Positions 1-13,420 of a DNA stretch of 64,000 bases are shown here, in pieces. The notes under the pieces were generated by a model. That model was not told the origin of the DNA, did no database searches, and saw only the letters and a program-made list of their open reading frames with translations. Location: contig JAGIQG010000013.1 of NCBI GenBank assembly GCA_024679065.1, forward strand, positions 45,632,001 to 45,696,000, given 5' to 3'. Position 1 is the first letter of the stretch; every line of letters begins with the position of its first letter. The stretch is from Sphyrna mokarran (taxonomy: Eukaryota). Made by a program: the position numbers and the translations under genes.

Positions 1-99
1 TTTTTGTCTTCTTTTATAGCCCTTGGCACTCATCCTGTAATGTATTTACTCCATTGTCCAGCACAGTGGGATGGCCCTTGTTTGGCTCAATTGGTCAAA

Positions 100-1050
100 A
101 CTAGTGTGTTTCTTGAAATGTCTCCTTTTTCTGACTCCATGTCATTATTTCCTCCATAATTTATCTCTGGCCTCTTTCTCACTTATATACCTTGATGACT
201 TAATCTAAAAGCTTAGGTTCAACTTCCATATAATCAGTGATACAAGCAAGTACAATTTCTCCCTGCTGCTCCATTGTATGTGTTTTCAAATTGCTTCTCT
301 AACATTCAGTCTTTGATAAACCATTATTAAACAGTGGGAAGAGATGCTTCACTCCCTCACACCAATGTGAGTTCCTCACACCAATTCTATCTCCTTCCCA
401 GCAATGTCAGCATCCTATCCAACTCTGAGATGGGCTTGCAACTCCAAATCCTCTCTATTGTAAACCATTCACCTCTACAACATCATTTGCCCCAGCAAAC
501 TTTTCAGTGAGATCTTCATTAATGCCTTGCCACCTCCAAGATCAAATATTTCAATGTTCTCCAGCTTGCCTTCCATTCTCTGTTATTTAAACTTTATCCA
601 AAATTTGCTCATTTATCCTATCCCAAACTAAATTCTGCCAATGCATCATCCCCCTACTTGCTTATTAATGCACAATCATTTTATGTCTTAAAACTTTAAA
701 ATTCTCAGTCTTATTTTATATATCATCATGGATTTGTCCCTCATCATTAATCTTCTGCAACTTAAAATCTGCACAAATTCTCTATTTTTCTTACTCTGAC
801 ATTTTTTTCCATCCACCGTTCCCTCCCCCCACCCCACCATGATCCCATTGATAATAGCTGTGCCTTCAGCTACATGAACACCAGCCATTATAACTCCTCC
901 CCACCCTTAAATCTCTCCACTTCTCATTGCTCTTTTAAAGCCCCTGTTGACATTCTGAGATTTTGTTCACCATCCATAATATCTTTGGCTAGATATCCAG
1001 CTTTGGTTGGTGGTGCCTCTAGGGCGTAGAAATGCAAGGTGTTGTTGAGA
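100..1050 (+). mobile_element. Highly decayed L2-type LINE 3' region
   Basis: Pyrimidine-rich tract with L2-like motifs (aatgccttgccacctccaagatcaaatatttcaatg; tttaaaattctc; gctgtgccttcagct) that recur in the L2 copy near 43700-44260. Confidence 0.55.
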
Positions 1051-1059
1051 CCAGGAAGT

Positions 1060-1250
1060 GCTAGCAGTAGCTTGACCAACATTCTTCCTTCAACAAACAC
1101 CATATAAATAAAACATTCATCTTATTGCTATTTCTGACTCTTAATTGCAAAATGGCCATTGTGTTTGCTGACATATTGCACAGCAATATATGAAACACTT
1201 TGGATGTTCTTGATTATTATGGGCCTTATATAAATACACATTCTTGTTTT
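1060..1250 (+). mobile_element. DeuSINE (SacSINE1-like) Deu domain and tail remnant
   Basis: gaccaacattcttccttcaacaaacacc...cactttggatgttcttg...tatataaatac resembles the DeuSINE core and tail; similar to 51905-52178. Confidence 0.55.
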
Positions 1251-2859
1251 CTCACTTTAATGCTAGCTTGACAGTACAGATATTGAAGAATTAATAATTG
1301 GAATTTAACCACTTAATTTTTTTTCAAATGATCCATGGTTGCTTAATGGGGAATTATGTGGTATATCAAACTATTTAATCAGCTGAATCCTAACCCAATA
1401 GATTTGCATATATGCTGTTTTCATAATTCCACACCAGGTTGGTTAATGTGCCATATTTCCAAAATAGACTAAGATGCAGTTATTTCCACAGTTGCTCCAG
1501 TGATGTACAAAATCGTCCTTCTGTTTTAATTTTACTGATCTATCTTTGTTCACTCAGCTTCACTTGCATTTTTAGGGATTAGAGTTTGAATGAAGTTAGG
1601 CTATATATGTGTTGTATTAGAAGTTCTACATTAATACTGCTAAACTGTTTAGCATAACTGATTCCAGCATGACTACATTGCTTTAAAGAAGCATTGCTTT
1701 AAAACCAGTAAAAAGATACATCAACAGACCACAAAGGCAGCTTTAAAATATTATTTATAAACCTTTGTCTGCAGCACCCTCGGCTCAAAGCATGTTATAA
1801 TGATGTTAAAGCTCCTGAACAAAATTGCCTAAAGTCCTACATCTGCTTCAGAAAGTTGAAGTATTATCAAAGATTAACTGCTGAAAAGGATTTCCTGGCT
1901 CAGATGGATCAAAGTGGGCAATGTGCTGGTCTATGTACAATCATTAAAAATATTAACTGAAATGAAGCACTTACGCTGCACACAATAAACGCCAGGTCAA
2001 ATACAGGTAGAATGTCACTGAATTATAATGAACAATTCTATTCATCTAATAATAATCTCCATGCAAAGGTCAATTCTTTCAGTCTGTGCAGGTGTGATCA
2101 GCATACCCTCAGCACACCACAGGAAACAATATAATTTTTAAAAGAATGGGATCTGGTCAGAACACAACGTAGATGAAATATATTTTATAATGATTCATTT
2201 CTGCATTTTGTTCCGTGTGATTCTGTGATCAATAGGACTACAAATCTCTTTTCATGTGATAATTCCATCTAAGAGTAAGACTGCTTTAAATTATGTTTAT
2301 GCATTTTCCATTTCGCAACGTGTATGATATCCTTGTTCATTATTCGGAAATAGTAATTACTTTATGAATGACTGTCATAACAATTGCAAGTTTAGAGAGT
2401 TATTGCAAGTTTAAAAGTACGATTCACCAGATGACCACTACATTAGGATTAAAATGACATGCAGAAACAACAGTATATGATTTGGAAATGTGATATTGTG
2501 TTTGATAAATGGATGTGCAGAAGTTAATCAGATACTTGCATGAGACCTTCACTGAAATGCTATTAAAACCCAAACTGTTAACAATATTACTATATATGTA
2601 TTGGTATATCATTGTAAAAGATATTTTATGTACCTTGCCAAGTTCTGGGCTGGTTCCCTCATTTTAATTTAAAATTTACTAAGTGCTGAAAGCATGTTTG
2701 AGTTGCTAATATTGTCCTTTCTTTGATGCTGTTTGAAGAGATCAAAGATATGTTGATTTTTGCAGTTATGACTGGAAATAGTTCTTCGATTTTGCTAGTG
2801 TGACAATATTTAACACACTTAATTTTTCAAATTATGGAGCTGTGTTTGACACAAACAGC

Positions 2860-3955
2860 CAAGTGCCAGTTATTGACTGTCTCAAACAAGAGGGAACCTA
2901 ACCATCACCCCTTGATACCCAATGGTATTACCATCACTGAATGGCCGATCAACATTCTGGAGTTACCATTGACCTGGAACTCAACTGAACTAAATACTGT
3001 GACGACAACAGTAGGTCAGAGATGAGGAATCCTATGGTGAACCTCCTGACTCCTCAAAGCCTGTCCACAATTTATAAGTCTTGAGGCACAGGAAAGGGAA
3101 TATTCTCCAGTCGTCTGAAAGAGTGCAGCTCCAACAACTAAGATGTTTGAAAACATCCAGAACAAAGCAGTCATAGAAATCAAAGAATCCCTACAAAACA
3201 GAAGGAGACCATTTGGCCCATCAATTCTGCATTGACTCTCCAAATAGAGAACCTGACCACCACCGCCCACCTCCCTAAGCCCTATCTCCATAATCCAATG
3301 CATTTATCCTGCTAATTCCCCTTACCTACATATTTTGGGATACAAAGGGGCAATTTAGCATGGCCAATCCACCTAACACATCTTTGGACTGTGGGAGGAA
3401 ACTGGAGCACCTGATGAAAGCTATGCAGACATGGAGAAAATGTGCAAACACTACACAGAGATACCGCCTAGGCCGAATCTGAACCTGAGTCACTGACGCT
3501 GTGAGGCAGATATGCTAACCATTGTGCTACAATGCTGTCCCACAGTCTGCTTGATTGATATCCCTTCCACAAATATTCACTCCCTCCACCACTGACAGTA
3601 GCAATAGAGTGTATCATGTACAAAATACATTGCAGGAACTCACCAAGGCTCCTTAGAGAACATCTTTTAAAACCACAACCATTACCATTTAGAAGCACTA
3701 AAACGCAAACACTTGAACATCACCGTCTCAAAGTTTCACTCCAAGCCACTCACCATCCTAACATAGAAATAAATCACCATTTCTTCACTGTCACTGGGTT
3801 CAAAATCTTTGACCTCTCTCCCTAACTGCAATTTGTACCTACATCACATTGACTTCAGCTGTTCACACAAATAGTTCACCACTCCCTTCTCAAAAGTAAA
3901 TAGAGATGGGCAGTGAATGCTGACCCAGCTAGCAAAGATCACTTGAATAAAAAAT
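2860..3955 (+). mobile_element. CR1-group (Crack/L2-like) LINE 3' end, split by an HE1 insertion
   Basis: Decayed ORF2 C-terminus (ILGVTID; YKIHCRNSPRLLREHL in ORF 3616-3825) ending in the tail agagatgggcagtgaatgctg...gaataaaaaa. Same family as 5205-6225. Confidence 0.75.
3172..3541 (-). mobile_element. HE1-type SINE, full length
   Basis: Reverse complement of the tRNA head, V-domain and CR1-derived tail; flanked by cagtc on both sides (3168-3172, 3543-3547). Confidence 0.9.
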
Positions 3956-4031
3956 CCTTCTGTACCCCTTCACTGAGGTTTCCGCCATCATGGATGTCAG
4001 TCTCTAGACAATTCGGTATTGTATTGACATA

Positions 4032-4384
4032 GCGCAGCACTGTAGCACAATGGTTAGCACTGCTGCTTCACAGCTCCAGGGATCTGGGTTTGATTCGTGG
4101 CTTGGGTCACTGTCTGTGTGGAGTTTGCACATTTTCCCCTTGTCTGCATCCGTTTCCTCCAGGTGCTCCGGTTTCCTCCCACAGTCCAAAGATATGCAAG
4201 TTAGGTCGATTGGTCATGCTAAAATTGCCCTTTAGTGTTCTAAGATATGTAGGTTAGCGGGGTTAGCAGGTAAATATGTGGGGATGTGGGAGTAGGGCCT
4301 AAGTGGGATTATGGTCGATGCAAATTCAATGGGCCCTGTGACCTCTTTCAGTGCTGTAGGGTTTCAATGATGATTCTATGATTC
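4032..4384 (+). mobile_element. HE1-type SINE, full length
   Basis: A/B-box head (tggttagcactgctgc...gggtttgattc), core gtgtggagtttgcacatt...ggtttcctcc, and gattctatgattc tail. Confidence 0.92.
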
Positions 4385-5204
4385 AAATGATTTCATGCTA
4401 TATTAAGAGCTGGTTTATTACCAATGCTCTGTTTGAATTCTGCCAAATCGTCCGCTATAAACCTCATGCAACCTTCATCCAAACATGGACCCACGGTTTC
4501 AGGATGGCATTCCTGCAACTCAGATGCCATATCATGCTCTAATGAGCATTGACTTGCATACGGCAGGCCTTGCATTCCTCACCAATCGTGTTGGCCAGAA
4601 GCTCTCCTGTCCGCCAGCCAGAGGATGAATGACAGAAGAGGCACTGCAAGGGTAAATACTTGGCATAAGATGCAGGCATAAGTGCCCGAATGAGGAGAAT
4701 AGGGAATCCCTGGGAGGACCGGTGGAAGTGGGCGGGGGGAGGGAGTGTTTGTTGATGGGGCTGGGTCAGTGAGTTCACCCCAATTGGGGTCTTTGACAAT
4801 AAACTGGGGAGCATGAGGGTCAGGTTAGGAGATCACTAGATCTTAAGTGAAGAGCATTCGCAGTCAGAAGGAAGCACCTATTTGAGGCACTACTCACCTT
4901 CACTGCTTTCCCAGCTATTCAGCTTTTTCACTTATGTGTCCCCCCCGCTCCCGCCAAACCCGCAATGCTGCGATCTACCCATCAACCTAAAAATTGAGAC
5001 TGAGCAGGGAAAGGCAGTTAAATGGCCAATAAGAAGCTACTGAAAGGCCTTAATTTGTACAAGGGCAAGCTTCCACTCCAAGACCCTGCCCGCCCCAGCG
5101 TAAAATCACTACCAGGTCAGGGAGACCAGGAACCAGGAGGGAAATTCCCACATGCAATTTCATGCTCCCCACTGCCTCAGAATCCACTAGGGTTGTATGG
5201 CAGT

Positions 5205-6225
5205 GGAGCAGCATTTGACTAATTGTGAAATCAAGGAGTCTTATTAAAATCAGGCAAAAGTTCTGCACTGGGTGCCAAGAACAAACATAACTGTTGGAAG
5301 ACAATCATCTCAACTTTAGGATACCACTACAGAATTTCATAAAAAATGTCTCCTCGGCCCAATGATCTTAAGGTTGTTTCATCAATGATCCTCCCTGCAA
5401 CATAAGTTTAGTTGTGGGGATATTTGCTGATCATTGCATAGTGCTCAGTATTGTTTGTAACTCTTCAAATACTAACGTAATCCCTGCCCACATACAACAA
5501 CATCTGGACAACAAGTACTTGATATACAATGGAATTACCATCACTAAATCCCCCAACATCCAATATCAAAGTTCTGCGATAGGTGGGGGCAGCTACCACT
5601 GACCAGAAACTTAACTCACCCAGACACACAAATACTTTGGCTACAAGAGTAACTTGGAGACTATGAATTATGCAGCAAGTAACTCACCTCATGATTGTCC
5701 AAAACCTGTTTGCCATCTGCAAGGTACTAATCAGATGTGTAATGGAATATTCTTCACTTGTATTAATGAGTGCAGGTCTAAAAACACTTAGGAATCTCAA
5801 CATCATTGAGGACAAAGTAGCCCATTAGATAAAGACACCTACCAACATCTTAAGCATCCATTCTCTCCCCCACTGACTCATGGTGGCAGCAGTTATCATT
5901 TACAAGATGCATTGCAGCAACTTGCCAAGATTATTTTAAAAGCACCTTCCAAACCCACAACCTCTACCATCTGGAAAAACAGAAGCAGGGTACACATGAG
6001 AACATTGCCAAGTGCAAGTTCCCTTTAAAGTCATACATTATCCTGACTTAGCATACCATTGTCCCATCATTGTTGCCATGCCAAAATCCTGGAATTCACA
6101 TCCAAACTGCAGTTGAGCTGTGTCCACACCAACTGGAGTGCAGCTCACCACCATCCTCTGAAGGACAATTACGAATTGGCAATAAATGTTAAAATAATGC
6201 TCACATCTCAAGAATGAATTTTAAA
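5205..6225 (+). mobile_element. CR1-group (Crack/L2-like) LINE RT and 3' end, decayed
   Basis: Remnants of LGP..F..FINDL and GIFADHC (FADD motif, ORF 5414) followed by the ggcaataaatg...gaatgaa tail. Confidence 0.75.
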
Positions 6226-7171
6226 AATTAACAAACTCATGCACCATCTAGGTTTAAATTATAGTTCTGCCACACCCTACCTTAATATTTCTAATGTAAG
6301 TCATGTCTTTATTTGAAAAGAAATGTCAGGACTTTCCCTTTGGGCTCTGGAATGTCATCACTTTGGATAAATGGGGGTTAGAAGCCTTTATAGTGAGGAA
6401 CAGTGTGTCCGACTGTACTTTACCAAATTGATCAATCAGTAGTCAGGCAATCAGTTCTGTCTTCTTAAGACCAGTGGAGCCATGCTCAAAACTCAAGGGC
6501 CTGCAGGAATTCAACCAGCACAGAAGTAACAACAAGCTTTCCTTGCAGATCAGTGATAGAGAGGGTACTGAAGAAGAAGGAAGCACCATTCAAATATTTT
6601 TATATTAACTTAAAATATGGCCTTTTCAGCTTGTCACCACTGTACTCCAAAAGTGGGCTAAGCTGCTCCAGTAGAGCTACAACACTGGCATCTATTTGAC
6701 AATTTTAAAAAATTCCAAGTCTTTCCTGTTCACAAAAGCACAATAAATGCAATTTGGCCAATTACTGTTCCACTGGTCTTTTCTCAATCATCAGCAAGCG
6801 ATGGAAGATGTTACTGACAGTTATATCAAATGGCACTTGTTTGAGTTCTGCCAGTTCCAGATCTTATTACAGTTTTGACCTGAAGCTGGAGAAAAAGTTG
6901 CATTTTCAGTGAGGTCCTGACTCTCAAGGTCCATAAATTACAGGTGACCTGGGAGTGCATGAACCAACTTAACCTAAGATTGCATGAGACTGCGGTGTGC
7001 AATCCACTCCACACAAACTCTAATGGAAAAGTGATGGACTCCCATAGAGAAAACCTTCCACTCGAGGCCCCCACTGACTCCAGACAGCAGGACAAAAGGC
7101 CATACTGTGTCTGGGGATGGCTGACAAGTTCACAGAAATGAAGAATGCGGCTTTGGTGTGCAAACCAAAAT

Positions 7172-7345
7172 TCAAAGATGTGCGGGTTAGGTGGATTGGC
7201 CATGTTAAGTTGCCTTTAGTGTCAGGGGGACTAGCTAGCGTAAATGCATGGGATTATGGGAATAGAGTCTGGGTGGGATTGTGGTCAGTGCAGATTCAAT
7301 GGGCTGAATGGCCTCCTTTTGCAGTATAAGACTCTATGAATCTAT
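7172..7345 (+). mobile_element. HE1-type SINE, 5'-truncated
   Basis: caaagatgtgcgggttaggtggattggccatg...gaatggcctcctttt...ctatgaatcta. Confidence 0.88.
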
Positions 7346-7634
7346 ACAGACAATCTCTCCATGTGGAATGAATGGCACAAAGGGGATTTCCCTTTGATGG
7401 GTGGGGATGAGTGTTCCCAAAGGAGATTTTGGGACCTGGAGCCAATAAGAAATTCAATCCAAATGAGGGTTAATTTGGCCAGGATGCTCCACACATTTCA
7501 GCCGACTCAATAATATGAGAGCCTTTGGAGCTGAGCATCAGTTTTTTAAGGTTATGAATAGCTTGGTTGTTTGTTGGATATCCAGCCCACGCCTCCACCG
7601 TTCAGTTCACCACCGCCCAATCAAATGTAACTAA

Positions 7635-7904
7635 GAATCATAGAATCCTTATAATGCAGAAGGAGGCCATTTGGCCGAATGAGTCTGCTTTCATTTATAA
7701 CCAGGCTTACCCCATATTTACCCCACTAATCCCCCTATATGCCTCAGGACAGTGAGGGACAATTTTTCACGGCCAATCCATCTAACGTGCATATCTATGC
7801 AACCTGGGAGGAAACCCGCGCAGACATAGGGAGAGTTTGCAAGTTCCACATAGACAGTGACCCAAGGCTGGAATTGAACCCAAGTGAGGCAGCAGTGTTA
7901 ACCA
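7635..7904 (-). mobile_element. HE1-type SINE with internal deletions
   Basis: tcatagaatcc...gaaggaggccatttggcc tail and gaggcagcagtgttaacca head, both in reverse orientation. Confidence 0.88.
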
Positions 7905-9239
7905 AAGTTCTAGCTCTGCCAGTGGTGCTCACATTCCAAGAATGAATAATTTAGAAAAAAATTACTGTATTTGCTAGCAACCCAACAAGCAATTCACTAA
8001 TTGTTCTTTGCTTCAAGGTAATAAGGGTCTATATTAAAAACATTTCTCTTTTCAGACACTGACTAACCTGCTGTGTTTACGATCGCTCCCTACATTATTT
8101 CTAACATTTCAGATCTTTCTGGGCTGTAATTATTTTAAAATGAAAGGGCAGCACAAATCAATCATTAATCGGTTATGGATACACATTGGGACGTTATCTA
8201 ATTACCACATTGCTCTTGAAAATTTGATCACTCAGAAGTTCTAGAGAAGCTTCTAAGCTCCTTCAATGGGCAGGAGCTTAGGACCCCCTTAGAATCATGC
8301 ATCATTTTCAAAGAGAAACACTGGAATTCTGCCAAAAGGCAAGTGAGAATCTAGATAATTGCTTCTGCTATGCTATTAAAGGACTTGCTGAAACTGTTTC
8401 GTGTTTTGAGATATTACAGCAAAGATGAGCTGATAATTTACAGAGTTTGTACAGGAGTATTGTTGACCTGCTGGGAAACTTGAGGAGGTGAATAATTATG
8501 GTAACAACTTAGAGCAACATTATCTGTTCCCAAGAGAAACATTGACCATGTCACCTTAATGCAAAATTGCTAGGATCTATTAGCACTCTTTCCATAATTT
8601 AGTGGATGAAATTATGTTTTTTTCAATACTGAAAAATATCAAAACAGAGATTTTAGTCACAATATCAGGATGTGTAGCACCTGTTTTTTTGAGTGCTGCA
8701 AGTGGCCTTAGAGGCACAAAATGCAATCAATGGCACACATGCACAATTCTTTCATGAGTCGTATCAGATGTAAGAATATGGCATAGACAGATCTGTACAC
8801 AATTCATGCTGAATTGACAACAGCAGTATCAATCTGGAGCTCAACAGCCCAGCTAACTCAGTCACTTAATTACAGATGGTTGAACACATGTTCAGCAGCA
8901 GGACCACCCCAATAGCACTATCCAAAGGGATCATCAACTGCTTTCAAGTTCATTGCTGATTAATTTTGAGTGGCTGCTGCTTCAATTGGGCAAGTGATTG
9001 GTGATTTCTAGAGATCTTTAAATTTGCTAAAGTCAGCATGAATTGGTGTGATATGTGCTGAAATAATTTATCTTAACTTCAATGATTCTGCATAAGTTAC
9101 ATTCTCTTAACCATGGGTGATGTAGCATGCATTCCCCTTGAATTACAACATGACAGGAAGAATTAACACAGATAAAGCAAAGCAGGACAAACTGATGGAA
9201 GAGAGAGAAAGATGAGGGGAGAAAGACTCTCTGGAGATG

Positions 9240-9850
9240 GCCAAGTCTGCCCAGGGAGTTCAAGTAGCATTTCAATGAGGAGTAGTGCATCAATCATCTG
9301 TGATTCATTCAGGTCATCCTCTCCGAAAACTGCCACCTACTGCAATCACTATCAACAACTTTAGAGCAGAACAGAGACAAAATTTGACAGTGGCTAGAGA
9401 GATGATGATTGCCATGAAGTTTTATGCATTGAGCTTCTACCATGCTGGAGCAGGGAATGTTATAACATCTATAAGTTTGCCATCCACTGTTGCATAACAA
9501 AGGTCACTGAGGCTCTATCTTTCAACAGAGTGAATCCATTTTGTTCTATCAGAGAGCAGTGGGTGAAGGAGTATGCAACTTCAAAGGGTTACTAGCTTTC
9601 CCATGGTGTGGAGTGCAATCAACTGCACGCATTGCTTTGCAAGCATCATATATCAGCATTGAGGTATACTATGGCTAGAAAGTACATACTTGCTCAACAT
9701 TCAACCGTTGCAATAATCATCAGTAGCAGACCATGCAGGTCAAGATTTGATATCCTGGCAGCCATCTTGATACCTTTATTCTGCAGCTGTCCACTATGCC
9801 AACTGCTTCTGAGCCACCATAATAAACCAAATGGTGGCTATTGGATGGCT
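9240..9850 (+). pseudogene. PIF/Harbinger DDE transposase remnant (HARBI1-like family)
   Basis: Frameshifted translation gives LTVAREMMIAMKFYA, KFAIHCCITKVTEAL, FPMVWSAINCTH, LNIQ, YPGSHLDTFILQ and WLLD. These match Harbinger motifs GFPxVxGAIDCTH, SLNVQ, PGSxHD and GWLLGD. Confidence 0.8.
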
Positions 9851-9864
9851 TGAGAATCCAATAC

Positions 9865-10027
9865 AGGACCTGGAACTTCCTTCCTAACAGCAACATGGGT
9901 ATGCTACACCACTTGAATTACAGCGATTTAAGGAGGCAATTCACCATCACGTTCTCAAAGGTAATTAAAGATGGGTAATAAATGCTGACCTTGTTAGAAC
10001 ATCCAGACCCATGAAAGAATAAAAAAA

Positions 10028-10028
<1 letters not shown>
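9865..10028 (+). mobile_element. Crack/L2-like LINE 3' tail
   Basis: cctggaacttccttcctaacagc...gatgggtaataaatgctg...catgaaagaataaaaaaag, the same tail as at 3800-3955. Confidence 0.8.

Positions 10029-10077
<49 letters not shown>
10029..10077. repeat. (AC)n microsatellite, about 24 units
   Basis: Directly visible. Confidence 0.98.
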
Positions 10078-10078
<1 letters not shown>

Positions 10079-10856
10079 GGACAGCATACATGCAATAAAA
10101 CACATGAGCACATGTAATCTAACAGACTATTCTAATGCACTAAAGGCAAAGTTCTCATCCTTTCCTTTAAGCCCCTTCATTTGGGCTTCAAACCTCCCCA
10201 TCTCTGCAGCCTCTTTCAACCTAGCTTTAATTTGTATAGCCTCTCGTGATATCGAGCCCCTTGCTGGGACATCCATTACATTCGGTACCAGCTGCATCCT
10301 GCGCACATTTAAATTTGAAGGCACGCCAATGTTTGTGTGCTGTCAACATCAGAGGTAAGCAGCATGGGGTAAGCCTGCATTGTGACACCACCCCAAATTT
10401 GTTTTCAGATACTGCATGATGAAATCCTTCTCATGCACACACCGATGACAGGCTGTGCTCAGCTGCAGCTTTTTTTTATCTCTAGGATGTTGGCTTGTAA
10501 TCTAAATGTGACGAATCAGATGATACCAACCTATAAATCATGATAACAGACCCCCATGGATTGGCACTACTCTGGCGCAGCTGAGACATGGAATTGTATG
10601 TTTAGCAAAGAGTTCCAACCTTGATGTTTTCTGCATTTGGCAGTGTCTTGAAGGCAAAATGTCAAATAGAAATTCAACAGTTCCCAACAGGAAACAGAGA
10701 AACGAACTTCAACAGCTCGATCGGGTTGTAGCCTTCAAAGCATTCACAAAAATTTTTATTTCATGCACAAAGTTGTAATACCTTGCCTTACTTGTCTTTT
10801 GTGATTTTACAGCTTTCTTGAGATCAAGAACACATAAAAATAAGCTTCCACTGGCT

Positions 10857-10874
10857 TGTGTGTGTGTGTGTGTG
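10857..10874. repeat. (TG)n microsatellite
   Basis: Directly visible. Confidence 0.9.
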
Positions 10875-11314
10875 ATATGACGACAATTAGTGTTTGTATT
10901 GTGTCACACTACTTGTATATTCAGAAATAAAGCATAAAGGAGATGTATGAGCTGTTATGGACTTGACGAATTCTAACCATTGTCATTTTGGATAGTTTTG
11001 CATTGATTACCTGTGGAATGTTTCCATTTGAAACTAATCCATAAAATGTCAATCTTTTATTACTGCTTTCCAATTTCACCATATATGACAGGATGGATTT
11101 TCAAGATCTTGACATCATCGGAATACTGAAGTAATGCAACAAGAATAGTACATTCCTGAGAAATTATGCGCTCTTTTCTTGGACAACTCGAACATTATTT
11201 TGCAGTTACATAATTAATAATTCACCTTTATTTCTGCTCTGATTTCAACTGATCTGTTGCTGAAGTTTTCAACCATGCCTTAGTCACCTCCATGTTGGCT
11301 CCAGTTTATACAAA

Positions 11315-11640
11315 ATGTTTTTGCTTGCATCCTACCCGGTGTCAAATTCCTCTCACCCATCATCCCAGTCCTTGATAATCTACATTGACTCTCAATCCCT
11401 CAAATTTTAAATACCGATTCTGTGTTTAATTTTTTCTGAACACAAATTACCCCATCTACACAATCATCTCAACATCTGTAAACCTCTCTTTCACTCCCTC
11501 CAACTTCAGCCTTTTGCGTTGCCTTATCCCTACATTTGACCTCCCATTGGATTTCTTTTCCTATATATCTCTGCCACTACACTTCTCAATCCTCATTTAG
11601 GACTTTCCTCAAAATCCATCTCTTGGTGCAGTGACTAGAA
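11315..11640 (+). mobile_element. L2-type LINE 3' fragment
   Basis: tcacccatcatcccagtccttgataatctacattgactc matches the L2 HITPVLxxLHWL region. Confidence 0.6.
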
Positions 11641-12651
11641 ATTTGAACTAAATCTCATCTGCTTTTATCTGGCTTCTTTTTTTCCCCTGATCACAGCTTT
11701 GTTGGTAACTTTCATTTGTATTTATTGTTGTTTGTATATTTTAGTGTACCTCAATAAAGCACGGTGCATAATGTCAGTGAAAGCTCTTTCTGTTAGCTGT
11801 GCTTGTAGCTTCACACCATAATATCATCAAATGTGTCTTCTTTCTGTTGTGTGAAACAAAAATTTGCCAAATATATGTTCAGTGCAAAACAAAGAAATAA
11901 ATATGACATGTAGAACATCAAAGGAAATGTATAACAAAACTTTATGCATTAAATAAAGTAGTTTTGTGAGTGTTTTCAAGGATGCAACACATTCACAGTT
12001 TATGGATCCTATCGTAAACCATTCGAGGTTTCAATTTAGGGATTAATAACCGATAAGAATAGCCTTAAAACATACCTTCAGAGACATGGATGGCAGGTAT
12101 AGAGTTAACATGTTTAGTACACCTAATCTTCATAGGCACCAGAGCCACAGGAATACTCAATTTATACCAAATGTTTCCTGGTAGAAATTTACCTTCGAGC
12201 ATGTTACACATTTCAGCATCTCACTTTGTGGCCTGACAGGTGGGTTAATGGCCCGATTCATGGCCAGTCAGACAAAGTAGCACCATGTAGGTTGTCAGTA
12301 ATGGACCTAATTACGCTATTCTTCACTGCTGTCATATGTGCCACATAACGTTATTTTTCATACTCCACCTATATTAACAAAAAACAGTGTTGACAGGATT
12401 ATTCCTACTTCATCTTAGGTGTGCTCAGCATCAAAAACAAATAAAAATAAGGTTTGAATGAATTTTTTTAAATCGATAAATTCTCTTTCATTTTTTCCCA
12501 TTTTCTTTTATTCTTCCATCCTTACAGACCACTCGTCACAACACATCCCCCTCCCCTCCCTTTCTGCAGGGTTGCTGGGGGGAAGGGGTGCTGGCAGTAC
12601 AGAGAGACAAAAGAGGTTGAATTTAATTCAGGCAGTGGAATTTTTACCCTA

Positions 12652-13050
12652 GTAAGAAACGATAAAGAATTATGAATGAAGCCCAGTCCATCAAGCAAAT
12701 CAGCCTCCCATCTATTGGCTCTGTCTACTCTTCCTGCTGCCTTGGAAAAGCAGCCAGCATAATTAAGGGATCCCTTGCACCCCGAACATTCTCTCTTCCA
12801 TCTTTTGCTGTTGGGAAAAAGATACAAAAGCTTGAGGTCACGTACCAAGAACAGCTTCTTCCTTGCTGCTATCAGACCTTTGAATGGATCTACCTTGCAT
12901 TAAGTTGATCTTTCTCCACACCCTAGTCATGACGTAACAGTACATTCTGCACTCTCTCCTTTCCTTCTAAATGCTTTGTCTTTATAGCGTGCGAGAAACA
13001 ATACTTTTCACTGTATACTAATATATATGATAATAACAAATCAAATCAAG
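12652..13050 (+). mobile_element. Rex1/Babar LINE 3' end
   Basis: ORF 12672 NEAQSIKQISLPSIGSVYSSCCLGKAASIIK plus KNSFF.AAIR in another frame, ending in an (aaatc)n tail. Confidence 0.85.
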
Positions 13051-13063
13051 TCGTATCAAAATC

Positions 13064-13420
13064 TAGTGTTGCCAACCCACCAGGATTGGCCTGGATCCTC
13101 CAAGAATTGAAGATCAATCTCCAGGAAAGTACTGTGTGCAACTCTGAGAAAATTCATATTGAAATTAGCAAAAAAAAATTTTAAAAATTTTCTTTGAACA
13201 TTTTTGTTTACCAGAGAGGAATACTGAAAATGGGAGAGAAAAATGGGTTGTTTGGGTATGTCAAGCATCATCGAATTGGATAATGAGTCCTTTTTTGCTT
13301 TCAAAGTGGCATTGGAAGGTGGTGTGTCACAAATGTGGACATGTTGGCTGGTGACTGGAGCATGGACACAAGTCACGTGATGAAACTGCAAGAGTACGTT
13401 TCATCACTGTTGAAACCCTA
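13064..13420. mobile_element. Non-autonomous DNA transposon (hAT-like MITE)
   Basis: Imperfect terminal inverted repeats tagtgttgccaac / gttgaaacccta (consensus TAGGGTTGCCAAC). Confidence 0.7.

Noticed and set aside
4032-4110. tRNA genes at SINE heads
   Set aside because: The A/B boxes run straight into SINE bodies and there is no complete cloverleaf.
9240-9850. Domesticated HARBI1 gene
   Set aside because: Multiple stops and frameshifts, and altered catalytic motifs (AINCTH for AIDCTH).
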